DNA of 64,000 bases from an uncultured delta proteobacterium. GTDB lineage: Bacteria; Myxococcota; Myxococcia; Myxococcales; Myxococcaceae. The notes beneath the pieces were generated by a model. It did no database searches and was not told the DNA's origin. It worked only from the letters and a program-made list of their open reading frames with translations. The stretch is taken from assembly GCA_963776345.1 (NCBI GenBank), contig CAVZMH010000016.1:576001-640000 (forward strand), read 5' to 3'. Positions 1 to 13,768 of the stretch are shown here, in pieces. Numbering within the stretch: the first letter of the stretch is position 1; each line of letters opens with the position of its first letter. A program made the translations under genes and the position numbers.

Positions 1-1080
1 CGCTTCCTCCCGCGGTTCCAGGGAAAGATCGTCGAGCTGAGCAGCAAGCCCTGGGCGCTGAGGACCGCGATGGCGCTCAGTCCACAGCTGCACACCGAGG
101 GGACCGCGCTCCTCCGGGCGCAGCCGTACGACTTGCTGGTCACCACGCACCCGATGCAGTCCATCATGTTCGCCCGCGTTCGCCGCGCGCTCGGGCTGGG
201 CACGCCGCTGGTCATCGCGGTGCCGGACTACGGCGTCCCGGCCTCCGGATACTACCCGCCGCTTCCCGAGTTCCGTGCCGACGCGCTCATCGTCATGGAG
301 GAGAGCACGCTCGAGCACTACCGCTCGCTCGGCCTCCCCGAGGACCGGCTGCACCTCTCCGGGTTCCTCACCCGCGAGCCATTCGTCCGGGTCGGCGCCC
401 GGGTTCGCGCCGAGGGAAAGGACACCGCGCGCGCCACGCTCCGGGCCGAGGTGGTCGCTGCGCACCCCGAGTTCGCGGAGTTCCAGCTCCAGCGCCCCAC
501 GCTCCTCTTCCTCGGCGGCTCGGGCTGGACCTACAAGACCGAGCCGGTGCTGGACGGCGTGCTCGCCGACCCCGCGCTGCGCGACGCGGCGAACGTGGTG
601 GTCGTGGCCGGACGTGACCGGGCCTTCGAGACGCGGCTCCGCGCGCGTCCCCGCGAGGGCCTGCACGTCTTCGGCTTCGTCGCGCCCGAGGTCCTCGCGG
701 CGCTGATGGGCCTGGCCGACGTGCCGGTGCTCGGGAGCCTCGCCCCGGCCACCCTTCAGGAACTGCTCGAGGTCGGGCTCGGTCCGCTGCTCCTCTTCCA
801 CTTCATCCCCGGGAGCGAGCGGGCACACGTGGGCTACATCGAGAGCCAGCGGCTGGGCGTCTACGCGCCTCGCCCCGAGGACATGCTCCGGAGCATCCGC
901 GAGCTGCTGGGGCTCGAGCCCGCGTCCGGGCAGCTCGCGCTCGCCCGGGACGGGTTCCGCGAGCGCGCGCGGCTCCTCCGCTCCCGCAGCGTGGAGCGGG
1001 CGCTCCAGCTGCCGCGCTTCCTCGAGCGGTTGATGGAGACCCCGCGGGTCACCCGCGGCGGAGCGCGCGCCGTCGGCTGA
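1..1080 (+). CDS. Glycosyltransferase, GT-B fold, MGDG synthase/UgtP-like (5' truncated by window edge)
   Basis: Frame 1 is open from base 1. Motifs PYDLLVTTHPM, AVPDYG, LLFLGGSGW, VVVAGRD and LHVFGFV..LMGLADV resemble GT28-related diacylglycerol glycosyltransferases. Confidence 0.65.
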   Translation, partial: RFLPRFQGKIVELSSKPWALRTAMALSPQLHTEGTALLRAQPYDLLVTTHPMQSIMFARVRRALGLGTPLVIAVPDYGVPASGYYPPLPEFRADALIVMEESTLEHYRSLGLPEDRLHLSGFLTREPFVRVGARVRAEGKDTARATLRAEVVAAHPEFAEFQLQRPTLLFLGGSGWTYKTEPVLDGVLADPALRDAANVVVVAGRDRAFETRLRARPREGLHVFGFVAPEVLAALMGLADVPVLGSLAPATLQELLEVGLGPLLLFHFIPGSERAHVGYIESQRLGVYAPRPEDMLRSIRELLGLEPASGQLALARDGFRERARLLRSRSVERALQLPRFLERLMETPRVTRGGARAVG

Positions 1081-1098
1081 CGACAGCCGCCGCCAGGC

Positions 1099-1569
1099 TC
1101 AGAGACGCTTGCGGGCCTCGACGTGATCGATGCCCGCCTCCTCGAACACCGGGCCCACCGGCCGGTACCCGTGCCGCTCGTAGAACCCGAGCGCGTACAG
1201 CTGCGCGTGGACCATGATCCCGGCCAGGCCCCTCCGGCGCGCCTCGGTCTCCAGCGCGTTCAGGAGCAGGGTACCGACGCCGTGCTCGCGGTTGGACTGG
1301 AGCACCGCCATCCGGCCCACCTGCCCCCACGCTCCCGTCTCGCCCGCGGGAGGCGCGGGCAGCACGACCAGCCGCCCGGTGCCGATGGCGTGGCCCCCAG
1401 CGAAGGCGAGCACGTGGTAGGCGCGCGCGTCCTCGGCGTCCCGCTCGATCGTCTCGGGGACGTGCTGCTCCTCGATGAAGACGACCTCGCGGATGGCCAG
1501 CGCCTGGAGGAGCTCGGCCTCGTCCTTCACCTGGGCGATGACGAGCTTGGTGTCCGCAGAGGCCGTCAT
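1099..1569 (-). CDS. GNAT N-acetyltransferase (ElaA/YjcF-like)
   Basis: Start MTASADTK. IREVVFIEEQHVP, GTGRL, GRMAVL..R..GVG (acetyl-CoA motif A) and HAQLYALGFYERHGY..FEEAGIDH. Confidence 0.9.
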   Translation of the reverse strand: MTASADTKLVIAQVKDEAELLQALAIREVVFIEEQHVPETIERDAEDARAYHVLAFAGGHAIGTGRLVVLPAPPAGETGAWGQVGRMAVLQSNREHGVGTLLLNALETEARRRGLAGIMVHAQLYALGFYERHGYRPVGPVFEEAGIDHVEARKRL

Positions 1570-1805
1570 TCCGGGCCGAAACCTACCGCATCCGACTGTC
1601 CTGCCAACACGACGGCCGCCAGCGGCGTGCGGCAGGCCCGGTGCGAAATGACCTGCGCACCCGGGCACCCCACCGCGCACGCCTGCGTGCCGCGCTGCGG
1701 GACCCGAGACCGCGCGTCCGGACGGTCGTCTCGCCGGGAGGATGGACCGTGCCGGCGCTTCACTGGGAAGCCGGGTCGGCACGAACCTTGTCTTGCGGGG
1801 AGCAC

Positions 1806-2576
1806 ATGCAGCCCGAGCGCGTCGACCCGACACCGACCGAACAGCCGCGAGCATCACCTCGCAAGCGCTTCGAGGAGCTGCTCCGGGCGCGGACCGACCG
1901 TCCGGTTCGCGAGGGGCCGGCGCCACCCCGCCGCCGGCCGACCGCGGCGCCCGCGCGCGGAGCCCGCTCCGGCGGCCCGGTTCCTGGGGGCTTCCGGGCA
2001 ACCGAGCTCCGGGCGAAGGCACGGCTGGGGATGGATGCCTCGGCCCGCCAGCGGCTCGACGATGGCGCGCTGGCGACGACGCAGGCGACGGCGCGGCTCG
2101 ACGCGCGGGCGGCCGAGCTGCTCCGCGCGTCGCTACGCACCGAGGAGGCAGCGCGCAGGGAGGACCGGGCGGCCTCCGGCCCTGGGGCCCGGACGACCCC
2201 GGAGCGCGCCGCCGAGGGACCCGCGCCGCCGCCCGGCGTCCAGACATCCCGGGTAGGCGGGAGCGGCGGAGCGGGCGCACTGCGCGGCGACCGGGTGGAA
2301 CGGGCGCTTGCGCTGGTGGAGCGCATCGAGCGCTTCGTCCGGAGCGGGCGGCCCTCGCTCGCGCTCACCCTGCGCGGTGGGCTCCCCGGTCGGCTCGAGC
2401 TCCAGCGCGTCGGCCCCGGCGCGATCTCGATCCGGCTCTCCTCGACCCGCCCGCCGTCGTCCGGCGAGCTGGGCGAGCTCCGTCAGGCGCTCGAGGCCCG
2501 CGGGCTCTCCGTCCGGAGCCTCGAGACGCGCCCCCTCACAGCTTCAGCAGGGGACGCTTGTTCTCCTTGTCCTTGA
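1806..2576 (+). CDS. Hypothetical protein with FliK/SctP-like C-terminal domain
   Basis: ATG at 1806 after GGAG. Low-complexity Ala/Pro/Arg N-terminus; C-terminus [44 protein letters not shown] resembles the FliK T3S4 domain. Confidence 0.5.
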   Translation: MQPERVDPTPTEQPRASPRKRFEELLRARTDRPVREGPAPPRRRPTAAPARGARSGGPVPGGFRATELRAKARLGMDASARQRLDDGALATTQATARLDARAAELLRASLRTEEAARREDRAASGPGARTTPERAAEGPAPPPGVQTSRVGGSGGAGALRGDRVERALALVERIERFVRSGRPSLALTLRGGLPGRLELQRVGPGAISIRLSSTRPPSSGELGELRQALEARGLSVRSLETRPLTASAGDACSPCP

Positions 2577-2859
2577 ACTCCTCCGCCTCGGGGAGCGGGT
2601 CCTTCTTCACGGAGATGTTGGGCCACGACTTGGAGTAGGTGGCGTTGATCTCCTTGTACTCGGCCCACTTCTCGGGGAGGTCCGCCTCGGGGAAGATCGC
2701 CTTGGTCGGACACACCGGCTCGCAGGCGCCGCAGTCGATGCACTCGTCCGGGTGGATGACGAGGATGTTCTCCCCCTCGTAGAAGCAGTTGACGGGGCAG
2801 ACCTCCACGCAGTCGGTGTACTTGCACTTCACGCAAGGGTCGGCAACGACGTAAGCCAT
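2536..2859 (-). CDS. fdxA: 7Fe/8Fe ferredoxin (FdxA type)
   Basis: [46 protein letters not shown], the classic Azotobacter FdI-type Cys pattern; 107 aa. Confidence 0.95.
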   Translation of the reverse strand: MAYVVADPCVKCKYTDCVEVCPVNCFYEGENILVIHPDECIDCGACEPVCPTKAIFPEADLPEKWAEYKEINATYSKSWPNISVKKDPLPEAEEFKDKENKRPLLKL

Positions 2860-2951
2860 GGCGGCGAATCTCCGCGGTGAGCGCTCGACTCGTGGGAGCG
2901 CGGAGCGGAACTGAGCGCATCCGCCTCCCCGGGGCAAGCAGGGAAAAGGGC

Positions 2952-4022
2952 CTACCTCCCGAGGAAACCTCTGGCTCGCATCAGCTCCGCGACGAGCACC
3001 GCGCCCTTCGCCGCGCCCATCTTGGTGTTGTGCGAGACGAGCACCAGCTTGACCCCGTTCTCCAGCACCGGGTCCTCGCGGAGCCGGCCCACGCTGGTGG
3101 CCATGCCGCCGTGGGTGTCGCGGTCGAGACGGGGCTGGGGCCGGTCCTGGGCCTCGAGCACCTCGATCCACCGGGGCGCGGACGAGGGGAGGTCGCGGGC
3201 CTCGGGGCTTCCCTCCCAGCCCCGGAGCGCGTCCCTCACCTCGTCGAGGCTGGCCGGACGGCCGAGGCCCACGGAGACCACCTCGGTGTGCCCGTCCCGG
3301 ACCGCGACCCGGGTGCAGGTGGCGGAGACCTTGAGCGCCAGCGGCTCGACCGAGGGCGCCCCGGACGTCCAGCGGCCGAGGATCTTCCGCGTCTCCGCCT
3401 CGACCTTGCCCTCCTCCTTGGCGATGTAGGGGATGACGTTGTCCAGCACGTCGAGGGCGGCGACGCCGGGCGAGCGGCCGGCCCCGGACACCGCCTGGAG
3501 TGAGGTCATCATCACCGAGCGGATGCCAAAGCGCTCGGCGAGCGGGGCCAGCACCACCGCGAGGCCCGTGGTGGTGCAGTTGGGGATGGGCGCCACCGAG
3601 CCTCGCCAGCCCCGGGCGCCCTGGGCGGCGAGGAGTCCCACGTGGCCGGCGTTGACCGGCGGGATCAGGAGCGGGACGTCCGGCTCCATCCGGAAGGTGC
3701 TGGCGGCGCTGATGACCGGGAGCTCGGCCGCGAGCCGCGGCTCGAGCTCGCGCGCCACGTCCGACTCCACCGCCGAGAAGACCAGGTCCACGCCGCGGGC
3801 CGGCTGGCCGGGATCCTGGAGGCGGAGCGCGGCGATCTCCGCAGGGATGGGCTCGGCGAGGAACCAGCCCCCGGCCACCGCCTCGTCGTAGCGCTTGCCG
3901 GCGTTGCGCGGCGAGGCGGCGATCGCGCCGATCTCGAACCACGGGTGGTCACGGAGCGCGGAGACGAACTGCTGACCGGCAACGCCGGTGGCGCCGACCA
4001 GCAGGGCGCGGAGCTTGGCCAT
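2952..4022 (-). CDS. asd: Aspartate-semialdehyde dehydrogenase (archaeal/eukaryote-like asd_EA subtype)
   Basis: [20 protein letters not shown] (catalytic Cys), [21 protein letters not shown] and SHNTKMGAA. Confidence 0.95.
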   Translation of the reverse strand: MAKLRALLVGATGVAGQQFVSALRDHPWFEIGAIAASPRNAGKRYDEAVAGGWFLAEPIPAEIAALRLQDPGQPARGVDLVFSAVESDVARELEPRLAAELPVISAASTFRMEPDVPLLIPPVNAGHVGLLAAQGARGWRGSVAPIPNCTTTGLAVVLAPLAERFGIRSVMMTSLQAVSGAGRSPGVAALDVLDNVIPYIAKEEGKVEAETRKILGRWTSGAPSVEPLALKVSATCTRVAVRDGHTEVVSVGLGRPASLDEVRDALRGWEGSPEARDLPSSAPRWIEVLEAQDRPQPRLDRDTHGGMATSVGRLREDPVLENGVKLVLVSHNTKMGAAKGAVLVAELMRARGFLGR

Positions 4023-4041
4023 GGGAGTATCCTGCCATTCC

Positions 4042-4071
4042 TTGACCCGTACAGCGGCGGTGCCCTACAAA
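4042..4071 (+). promoter_or_regulatory. Putative sigma70 promoter for tRNA-Cys
   Basis: TTGACC-N18-TACAAA ending 12 bp before the tRNA. Confidence 0.45.
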
Positions 4072-4083
4072 CCACGCCTCTCC

Positions 4084-4155
4084 GGCGCCATCGCCAAGTG
4101 GTAAGGCAAGGGTCTGCAAAACCCTCATTCCCCGGTTCGAATCCGGGTGGCGCCT
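4084..4155 (+). tRNA. tRNA-Cys (anticodon GCA), CCA not encoded
   Basis: Acceptor stem GGCGCCA/TGGCGCC plus discriminator T; D-arm GCCAAGTGGTAAGGC; anticodon arm AGGGT-CTGCAAA-ACCCT; T-arm CCCGG-TTCGAAT-CCGGG. Confidence 0.97.
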
Positions 4156-4168
4156 CTTCCCTTTCCTC

Positions 4169-5896
4169 GTGAGTCGGCAGAGCGGCCAAGCGGTAGCAGG
4201 GGTGCGGCTCCTCGCCCTCGCCCTGTCCGCATGCGCCGGCCCGCGCCCGGCGGCACCGCCACCGCCGCCCCCCCCGGTGGTGACCGTCACTCCGGCGTCC
4301 GAGACGCCCGATGCCGGACCGCCGCCGCTCGACGTTCCGCCGCCGCCGTCCTCACGCCGGCTGGACGTGCGGGCAGGCGAGCCCACCGTTCCGGTGCGGC
4401 TGATGGAGAACCGGCGCGAGGTGACCTTCGTCCCGCGCGGACGGGTGCGGCTCGTCCTGCCCGGGGCGCCGGAGAAGGTGGTCGAGGCTCCCCCGGGGAC
4501 TCCGCTGATCGTCCGCTGGATCGACGGCGCTGCGGCGGACCGGAGATTCCGCGTCCAGGTGTCCGAGCTCGCCTGGGCGGACAAGGAGGGGATCGCCGCC
4601 GAGCGCAGCACCTGGGAGGGCCGCGGGTTCCAGGTGCGGCTGGAGCAGCTCGGTCAGGTCTACGGCATCGTCGGGAAGATCCTCGACAACCGGAAGGTGC
4701 TGGTGCTCCTCGAGCCGGCGCTCGAGGCCAGGGAGGCGGCGGCACGCCAGGCGGAGCTCGTCCGCACCTGGGGCACGCGGACCACCCTCGCCGAGGAGGT
4801 GCGCACCCCGGCGCGGGTGCGCCTGCAGCTGGACATGGCGGACGGGCCGCCGCTCGGCACGAGCGACGGACCCATTCGCGCCGAGACGCCCGGCGGCGAG
4901 GGCTTCGAGGTCCGCTCGGTCGAGTTCGCCGTGGGCTACCCGAGCCACGGCTTCGAGACGCGGACCTACCGGGGCGGGCTGTCGTTCGCCGCCGACGCCG
5001 CGGGCACCATCGCAGTGGTGAACCTGGTCTCGCTCGAGGACCTGCTCCGCGGGCTGGTCCCCTCCGAGATCTTCTCCGCCGCGCCGGCGGAGGCGCTGAA
5101 GGCGCAGGCGGTCACCGCCCGGGGCGAGGTGCTCGCCAAGATCGGCACCCGCCACCTCGCCGATCCGTACCTGCTCTGCTCCGAGCAGCACTGCGCGGTT
5201 TACCGGGGCCGCTCCGGCGAGGCGCCGTCGACCAACGCCGCGGTGGAGGCCACCCGGGGCCTCGCCCTCTTCTCGACCGAGGGCCGCCTGGTGGACTCGG
5301 TCTACAGCGCCGTCTGCGGCGGCCATACCGAGGACAACGACGCGGTGTGGGGCGGCGTGGCGGACCCGGCCCTGCGCGGTCGACCCGACGTGCTCGAGCC
5401 GGTCGCCGGGATGCCCGACCCGCGCCTCGAGCCCGACCGGTTCCTCGCCTTCGACTTGCCCGCGGCCTGTCGCCGCGGCCGCTTCGCGCAGCCTTCGAGG
5501 TACCGCTGGGAGAAGCGGTTCACCGCTTCGCAGCTGGACACCCTCCTCGAGCCGCTCGGCGTCGGGTCGGTCCGCCGCCTCGAGCCGCTCGACCGCGGCG
5601 CCTCGGGCCGCGTGCGCCTGCTCCTCGTCTCCGGGACCCGCGGCGCGACCGAGCTCCGCGGCGAGCTGACCATCCGGAGGCAGCTGGGGATGCTCAACAG
5701 CGCCCTCTTCACCGTGGCCGAGGAGCGGGATACCCGGGGCAACCCGGTGGCGTTCGTCTTCCGGGGGGGCGGCTGGGGCCACGGGGTGGGCCTCTGTCAG
5801 ACCGGCGCGATCGGCCGGGCCGAGGCTGGACAGGACTACCGGGCGATCCTCCGGCATTATTTCAATGGCGCCGAGGTGGCGCGCATCTACGAGTAG
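4169..5896 (+). CDS. SpoIID/LytB domain lipoprotein (putative peptidoglycan lytic transglycosylase)
   Basis: Lipobox LALSAC and Pro linker. VNLVSLEDLLRGLVPSEI..EALKAQAVTAR, YSAVCGGHTE and GGGWGHGVGLCQTGA..ILRHYF are SpoIID signatures. Confidence 0.9.
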   Translation: MSRQSGQAVAGVRLLALALSACAGPRPAAPPPPPPPVVTVTPASETPDAGPPPLDVPPPPSSRRLDVRAGEPTVPVRLMENRREVTFVPRGRVRLVLPGAPEKVVEAPPGTPLIVRWIDGAAADRRFRVQVSELAWADKEGIAAERSTWEGRGFQVRLEQLGQVYGIVGKILDNRKVLVLLEPALEAREAAARQAELVRTWGTRTTLAEEVRTPARVRLQLDMADGPPLGTSDGPIRAETPGGEGFEVRSVEFAVGYPSHGFETRTYRGGLSFAADAAGTIAVVNLVSLEDLLRGLVPSEIFSAAPAEALKAQAVTARGEVLAKIGTRHLADPYLLCSEQHCAVYRGRSGEAPSTNAAVEATRGLALFSTEGRLVDSVYSAVCGGHTEDNDAVWGGVADPALRGRPDVLEPVAGMPDPRLEPDRFLAFDLPAACRRGRFAQPSRYRWEKRFTASQLDTLLEPLGVGSVRRLEPLDRGASGRVRLLLVSGTRGATELRGELTIRRQLGMLNSALFTVAEERDTRGNPVAFVFRGGGWGHGVGLCQTGAIGRAEAGQDYRAILRHYFNGAEVARIYE

Positions 5897-6057
5897 GGCC
5901 GGACCCGGCCATTGGCCCAAGGACGCACGCCGCCCGTCCTGGCTGGAACAGCAGTCCCTTTCCGGGGTTATGTCAGGGCCACGGCGGTTGGTGGCGCAGG
6001 AGCCCCGGGGCGTCGGATAGGTCCGGGCCGCGGCTTCAAGTTATGTAGGACCGTCAC

Positions 6058-7293
6058 GTGAGCCTGCCCGGTGCCAGCCCCCGACGACGCCGCCGCCGTT
6101 CGGCGACGACCCCGCTCCTCGCGGTGCTCCTGGCGCTCCTGTTCCATGTCGGGGTCCTCGGACTGCTCCTGGTCGCGAATTACGTGTCGGTGAAATGGCC
6201 CGGCGGTGACCGGCCACGCCCCAGGCCGCAGGCGGTCACGCTCCGGAACATCGACCCACGCGCCTGGGCGAAGAACCGTGCGCTGGCTCGCGAGCAGGAG
6301 CGCCCCGAGGCGCAGCGCCGCGCCGAGGCGAAGAAGCCCGAGCCGAAGGCCGAGAAGAACCCCAGGGGCCAGGTGGTCGACGTCGCGCCGGGCAACGAGC
6401 AGGAGTCGCCCGATGCGAAGTACCTCGCCGAGAAGAACAACCGGGTCGAGAAGGAGAGCAAGGCCCGGGACCAGACCCCGTTCTACCGGAACGCGATGCC
6501 CCGGCAGACGGCGACCGAGGAGCGCAGGACCACCGGCAAGGACGACGCGGCCCAGCTGGTGGTCCAGGGGAACAACGGCACCGGCCAGGATGCGCGGCCC
6601 GCGCAGAAGGGCGGTGGCCAGCGTCCGGTGTTCGACGTGCCGACCATCAAGCAGCGCGACCAGATCGCCCTCAAGGAGCAGTCGAGCAACGGGCCCGGCG
6701 CGCGCGTCAGCAACCAGGGCGAGAGCGCACCGGTGCAGGGCAACGCCGCGAAGCTGCGGATCGACCCGGGCAAGCCGGGGGAGGAAGGCGACCAGGGCAG
6801 CAGCGGCAGGGTGGGCCTCCCCACCCTCTCGCAGCTGATGCCCAGCAGCGCCGCGCTGGACAAGATCATCGGCGCCGCGCCCAACGACCACCTCAAGGAC
6901 GTCGACCAGGGCGAGGGCACCTTCCTCAACACCCGCGAGTGGAAGTACGCGACGTTCTTCAACCGGGTGAAGCAGGCGGTGGGCCGCAACTGGGACCCCA
7001 ACGAGCCGCTCCGCCAGCGCGACCCGACCGGGGAGATCTACGGAGGCCGCGATCGTTACACCATCCTCGACATCACGCTCGGCGGCGACGGGCTGGTGAA
7101 GGACATCAAGGTGCAGCGCTCGAGCGGGGTGGACTTCCTCGACGAGGCGGCCATCGTCAGCTTCCGGCGGGCCCAGCCGTTCCCCAACCCGCCGCCGGGC
7201 CTGATGAGCAAGGACGGCACGGTCACCTTCCCCTTCGGGTTCTACCTCGAGACCGGCGGCCGCCCGCTGATGCGGATCTTCCGGAACAACTGA
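6058..7293 (+). CDS. Energy transducer TonB-family protein (N-terminal TM, C-terminal TonB_C)
   Basis: Single N-terminal TM with conserved His (LLFHVG), charged linker, and C-terminal ITLGGDGLVKDIKVQRSSGVDFLDEAAIVSFRRAQPFPNPP. Confidence 0.8.
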   Translation: MSLPGASPRRRRRRSATTPLLAVLLALLFHVGVLGLLLVANYVSVKWPGGDRPRPRPQAVTLRNIDPRAWAKNRALAREQERPEAQRRAEAKKPEPKAEKNPRGQVVDVAPGNEQESPDAKYLAEKNNRVEKESKARDQTPFYRNAMPRQTATEERRTTGKDDAAQLVVQGNNGTGQDARPAQKGGGQRPVFDVPTIKQRDQIALKEQSSNGPGARVSNQGESAPVQGNAAKLRIDPGKPGEEGDQGSSGRVGLPTLSQLMPSSAALDKIIGAAPNDHLKDVDQGEGTFLNTREWKYATFFNRVKQAVGRNWDPNEPLRQRDPTGEIYGGRDRYTILDITLGGDGLVKDIKVQRSSGVDFLDEAAIVSFRRAQPFPNPPPGLMSKDGTVTFPFGFYLETGGRPLMRIFRNN

Positions 7294-7347
7294 GCCTGCC
7301 GCGGGCGCCGGAGCGGGCCGACGGCCGAATGCAGCGGCCGGCCTCTT

Positions 7348-10221
<2,874 letters not shown>

Positions 10222-10376
10222 CGAGGCGTGAATTCCTGGCGGGAGGGCGGCCGTGCCGGCGCCTCCGACGGTCGTGAGAAGCGCCCGGTTTAACAGGCCC
10301 GGGCCACGCTGGCTCGCGTCGACTTCGAAGCGCCCCTTTTCGCCCCCATTCCCCCGGGGCGGGGGTGCCCCCGGCC

Positions 10377-10769
10377 TCAGGTCGCGGTCTTCGCCAGCAG
10401 CTCGCCGTAGGCGTCGGCGTCCATCAGCCCGTCGAGCTGGGCGGGGTCCGAGGGCTGGACCTCGACGATCCACCCGGCCCCGTAGGGGTCGGAGTTGATG
10501 GTGGCGGGCTCGTCCGAGAGGGCCGTGTTGACCTTGGTCACCTTGCCGGAGATGGGGGCGAAGAGCTCGCTCACCGCCTTGGTGGACTCCACCACTCCGA
10601 ACGGGCTTCCGGCGATCAGCGTGTCGCCGATCTTGGGCAGCTCGACGTACACCACGTCCCCGAGCGCCTCCTGGGCGTGCGCGGTGATCCCCACCACCAC
10701 GCCGCCGCCGTCGCGACGGGCCCACTCGTGGTCCTTGGTGTAGCGGAGGTTCTTCGGATTGTCGGCCAT
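10377..10769 (-). CDS. gcvH: Glycine cleavage system H protein
   Basis: [32 protein letters not shown] (lipoyl Lys) and [10 protein letters not shown]. Confidence 0.97.
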   Translation of the reverse strand: MADNPKNLRYTKDHEWARRDGGGVVVGITAHAQEALGDVVYVELPKIGDTLIAGSPFGVVESTKAVSELFAPISGKVTKVNTALSDEPATINSDPYGAGWIVEVQPSDPAQLDGLMDADAYGELLAKTAT

Positions 10770-10785
10770 TGCTCTCGTGCCTTCC

Positions 10786-11877
<1,092 letters not shown>

Positions 11878-11981
11878 GGAGAGCTCGGGTGCCGGACTAC
11901 CCCACCCTCCGGAGCACGATCAAGGCTTTGAGGAGGGCACGGCGGCCGCGCCCTGACTAGAGTGGCCCCCGAAGACGCGCG

Positions 11982-12869
11982 ATGAAGATCAGGAACCGGC
12001 TCAACCCCTCCGACCCGTGCTTCTCCTTCGAGTTCTTCCCCCCGAAGACCGAGGACGGCCGGCGCGCGCTCCTCCGGACGCTCGAGGACCTGCGCCCGCT
12101 GGAGCCGGGCTTCGTCTCGGTGACCTACGGCGCGGGCGGCAGCACCCGGGACCGGACGGTGGACCTGGTGCGGGAGATCCGGGCCACCGGCCTCGAGACC
12201 ATGGCCCACCTCACCTGCGTGGGGCACACCCGCGAGGAGCTGGGCGACCTGGTGGAGCAGCTCGTCGCCACCGGCGTGGAGAATCTCCTGGCCCTCCGCG
12301 GCGACCCCCCGGCCGGCGAGCGCGAGTTCCACGCCCCACCGGGAGGCTTCCGCTACGCCTCGGAGCTGGTGCGCTTCATCCGCGAGCGGGACCACACGCT
12401 GTGCATCGGGGGCGCCGGCTACCCCGAGGGCCACGTGGAGACGCCGCTCCGGGACGACGACCTCCGCCACCTCAAGCTCAAGGTGGACGCGGGGCTGGAC
12501 TTCATCATCACCCAGCTCTTCTTCGATAACGCCTTCTACTTCGACTTCGTCGAGCGGGCCCGCCGGGTGGGGATCAACGTCCCCATCGTCCCGGGCATCA
12601 TGCCCATCACCAACATCGAGCAGCTGGAGCGCTTCGTCCGCCTCTGCGGCGCCACCGTGCCGATGCGGCTGGTGCTGCAGCTCGAGCGGTACCGGAACGA
12701 CCCGGACGCCGTCGTCCAGCTCGGGGTCGCGCACGCCACCGTGCAGTGCATGGAGCTGCTCGCCCGCGGCGTCCCGGGCATCCACTTCTACACCCTGAAC
12801 AAGAGCCCCGCGACGCGGCTCATCGTCGGCGCGCTGAAGGGGCGCGGAGCGGCCGGCACTCCCGCCTGA
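11982..12869 (+). CDS. metF: 5,10-methylenetetrahydrofolate reductase
   Basis: FSFEFFPPKT, SVTYGAGG, MAHLTC, LALRGDPP, ITQLFFD and HFYTLN. Confidence 0.96.
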   Translation: MKIRNRLNPSDPCFSFEFFPPKTEDGRRALLRTLEDLRPLEPGFVSVTYGAGGSTRDRTVDLVREIRATGLETMAHLTCVGHTREELGDLVEQLVATGVENLLALRGDPPAGEREFHAPPGGFRYASELVRFIRERDHTLCIGGAGYPEGHVETPLRDDDLRHLKLKVDAGLDFIITQLFFDNAFYFDFVERARRVGINVPIVPGIMPITNIEQLERFVRLCGATVPMRLVLQLERYRNDPDAVVQLGVAHATVQCMELLARGVPGIHFYTLNKSPATRLIVGALKGRGAAGTPA

Positions 12870-12872
12870 GAG

Positions 12873-13700
12873 CTACCGCCCTCTCTGACCGACCGGCTCC
12901 CCCGGGGCAGCGGTCTCGAACGAGGACTCGGGCCGTACCCGGCCGGCGGTCACCAGGAGATAGACGCCCGCCGCCGCGAGCACCGGGGTGATCCACTGCG
13001 CCGGGGTGAGGCCGAGGATGCGGCCGTCCACGAACGAGAGGTCGGTCGCCCGGAAGAAGTCGAGGAAGAAGCGCGGCACCGAGTAGGAGATGGCGAGGAC
13101 GGCCATGATCGTCCCCTCCGGCCTCTTCTTCCGCGCGAGCAGGTAGAGCACGAGGGTGATGACCGCGAGCACCACGCAGTCGACGAGCCCCATGTCCAGC
13201 CGCGGGCCGTCGGGGAAGGCCACCGCGAACCAGGCGTTGCTCCGGACACCGGGATGGTCGTGCACCACCGCGCAACCGATGCGGGCGATGGTCCAGCCCG
13301 GCGCGGTCCCCAGCGCCAGGGCGTCCCAGTAGGGCCGGATGCGGAGCCCGCGCCGCCAGAAGTAGGCGGCGATGCCCGCCATGCCGCCGAGGACTCCGCC
13401 CATCGACGAGACCCCGTCCCAGAACTTGAGCAGCACCAGCGGACCCTGGGTGCGGAGCAGCTCCTGGTGGTAGCCGAGGACGTGGAGCAGGTGCGCGCCG
13501 AGGAGCCCCCCGAGCAGCGCCCAGGTGAAGACCTCCGAGAGCGACTTGGTGTCCCCTGGCCCGTACACCCTGCCCCCCCGGACGGTGAGCACCGCACCGG
13601 TGTAGACGCCGATGGCGGCGAAGATCCCGAACGGGTGGACGGTCAGCCCGAAGAGGTGGATGTCCGGAAGCTCCACGTAGGGGAGCACGAGCGCGAGCAT
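12873..13700 (-). CDS. lgt: Prolipoprotein diacylglyceryl transferase family protein (divergent Lgt)
   Basis: Multi-TM. WDGVSSMGGVLGG, DALALG..ARIGC..HDHPG and YSVPRFFLDFFR..LTPAQW follow the Lgt layout, with several substitutions. Confidence 0.75.
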   Translation of the reverse strand: MLALVLPYVELPDIHLFGLTVHPFGIFAAIGVYTGAVLTVRGGRVYGPGDTKSLSEVFTWALLGGLLGAHLLHVLGYHQELLRTQGPLVLLKFWDGVSSMGGVLGGMAGIAAYFWRRGLRIRPYWDALALGTAPGWTIARIGCAVVHDHPGVRSNAWFAVAFPDGPRLDMGLVDCVVLAVITLVLYLLARKKRPEGTIMAVLAISYSVPRFFLDFFRATDLSFVDGRILGLTPAQWITPVLAAAGVYLLVTAGRVRPESSFETAAPGEPVGQRGR

Positions 13701-13768
13701 GTGGCCTGCCTCATAGCAGCCCGAGGCCGCCATGCGGTGGCAGCTCGCCGGGGCAGCCGTGAACGGCG

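Noticed and set aside
2536..3942. Apparent long N-terminal extensions or fusions in the ORF track (fdxA, gcvP, lgt, engB, aglU, topA, tsaP, xerC)
   Set aside because: The extensions overlap neighbouring real genes in other frames and are Arg/Gly/Pro-rich noise; starts were reset to downstream codons.
4084..4155. tRNA used as an integration site
   Set aside because: No adjacent integrase and no duplicated tRNA 3' end seen in the window.
11878..11981. Glycine or SAM riboswitch ahead of gcvT/metF
   Set aside because: The gap is only 104 bp, is shared by two promoters, and shows no recognisable aptamer motifs.
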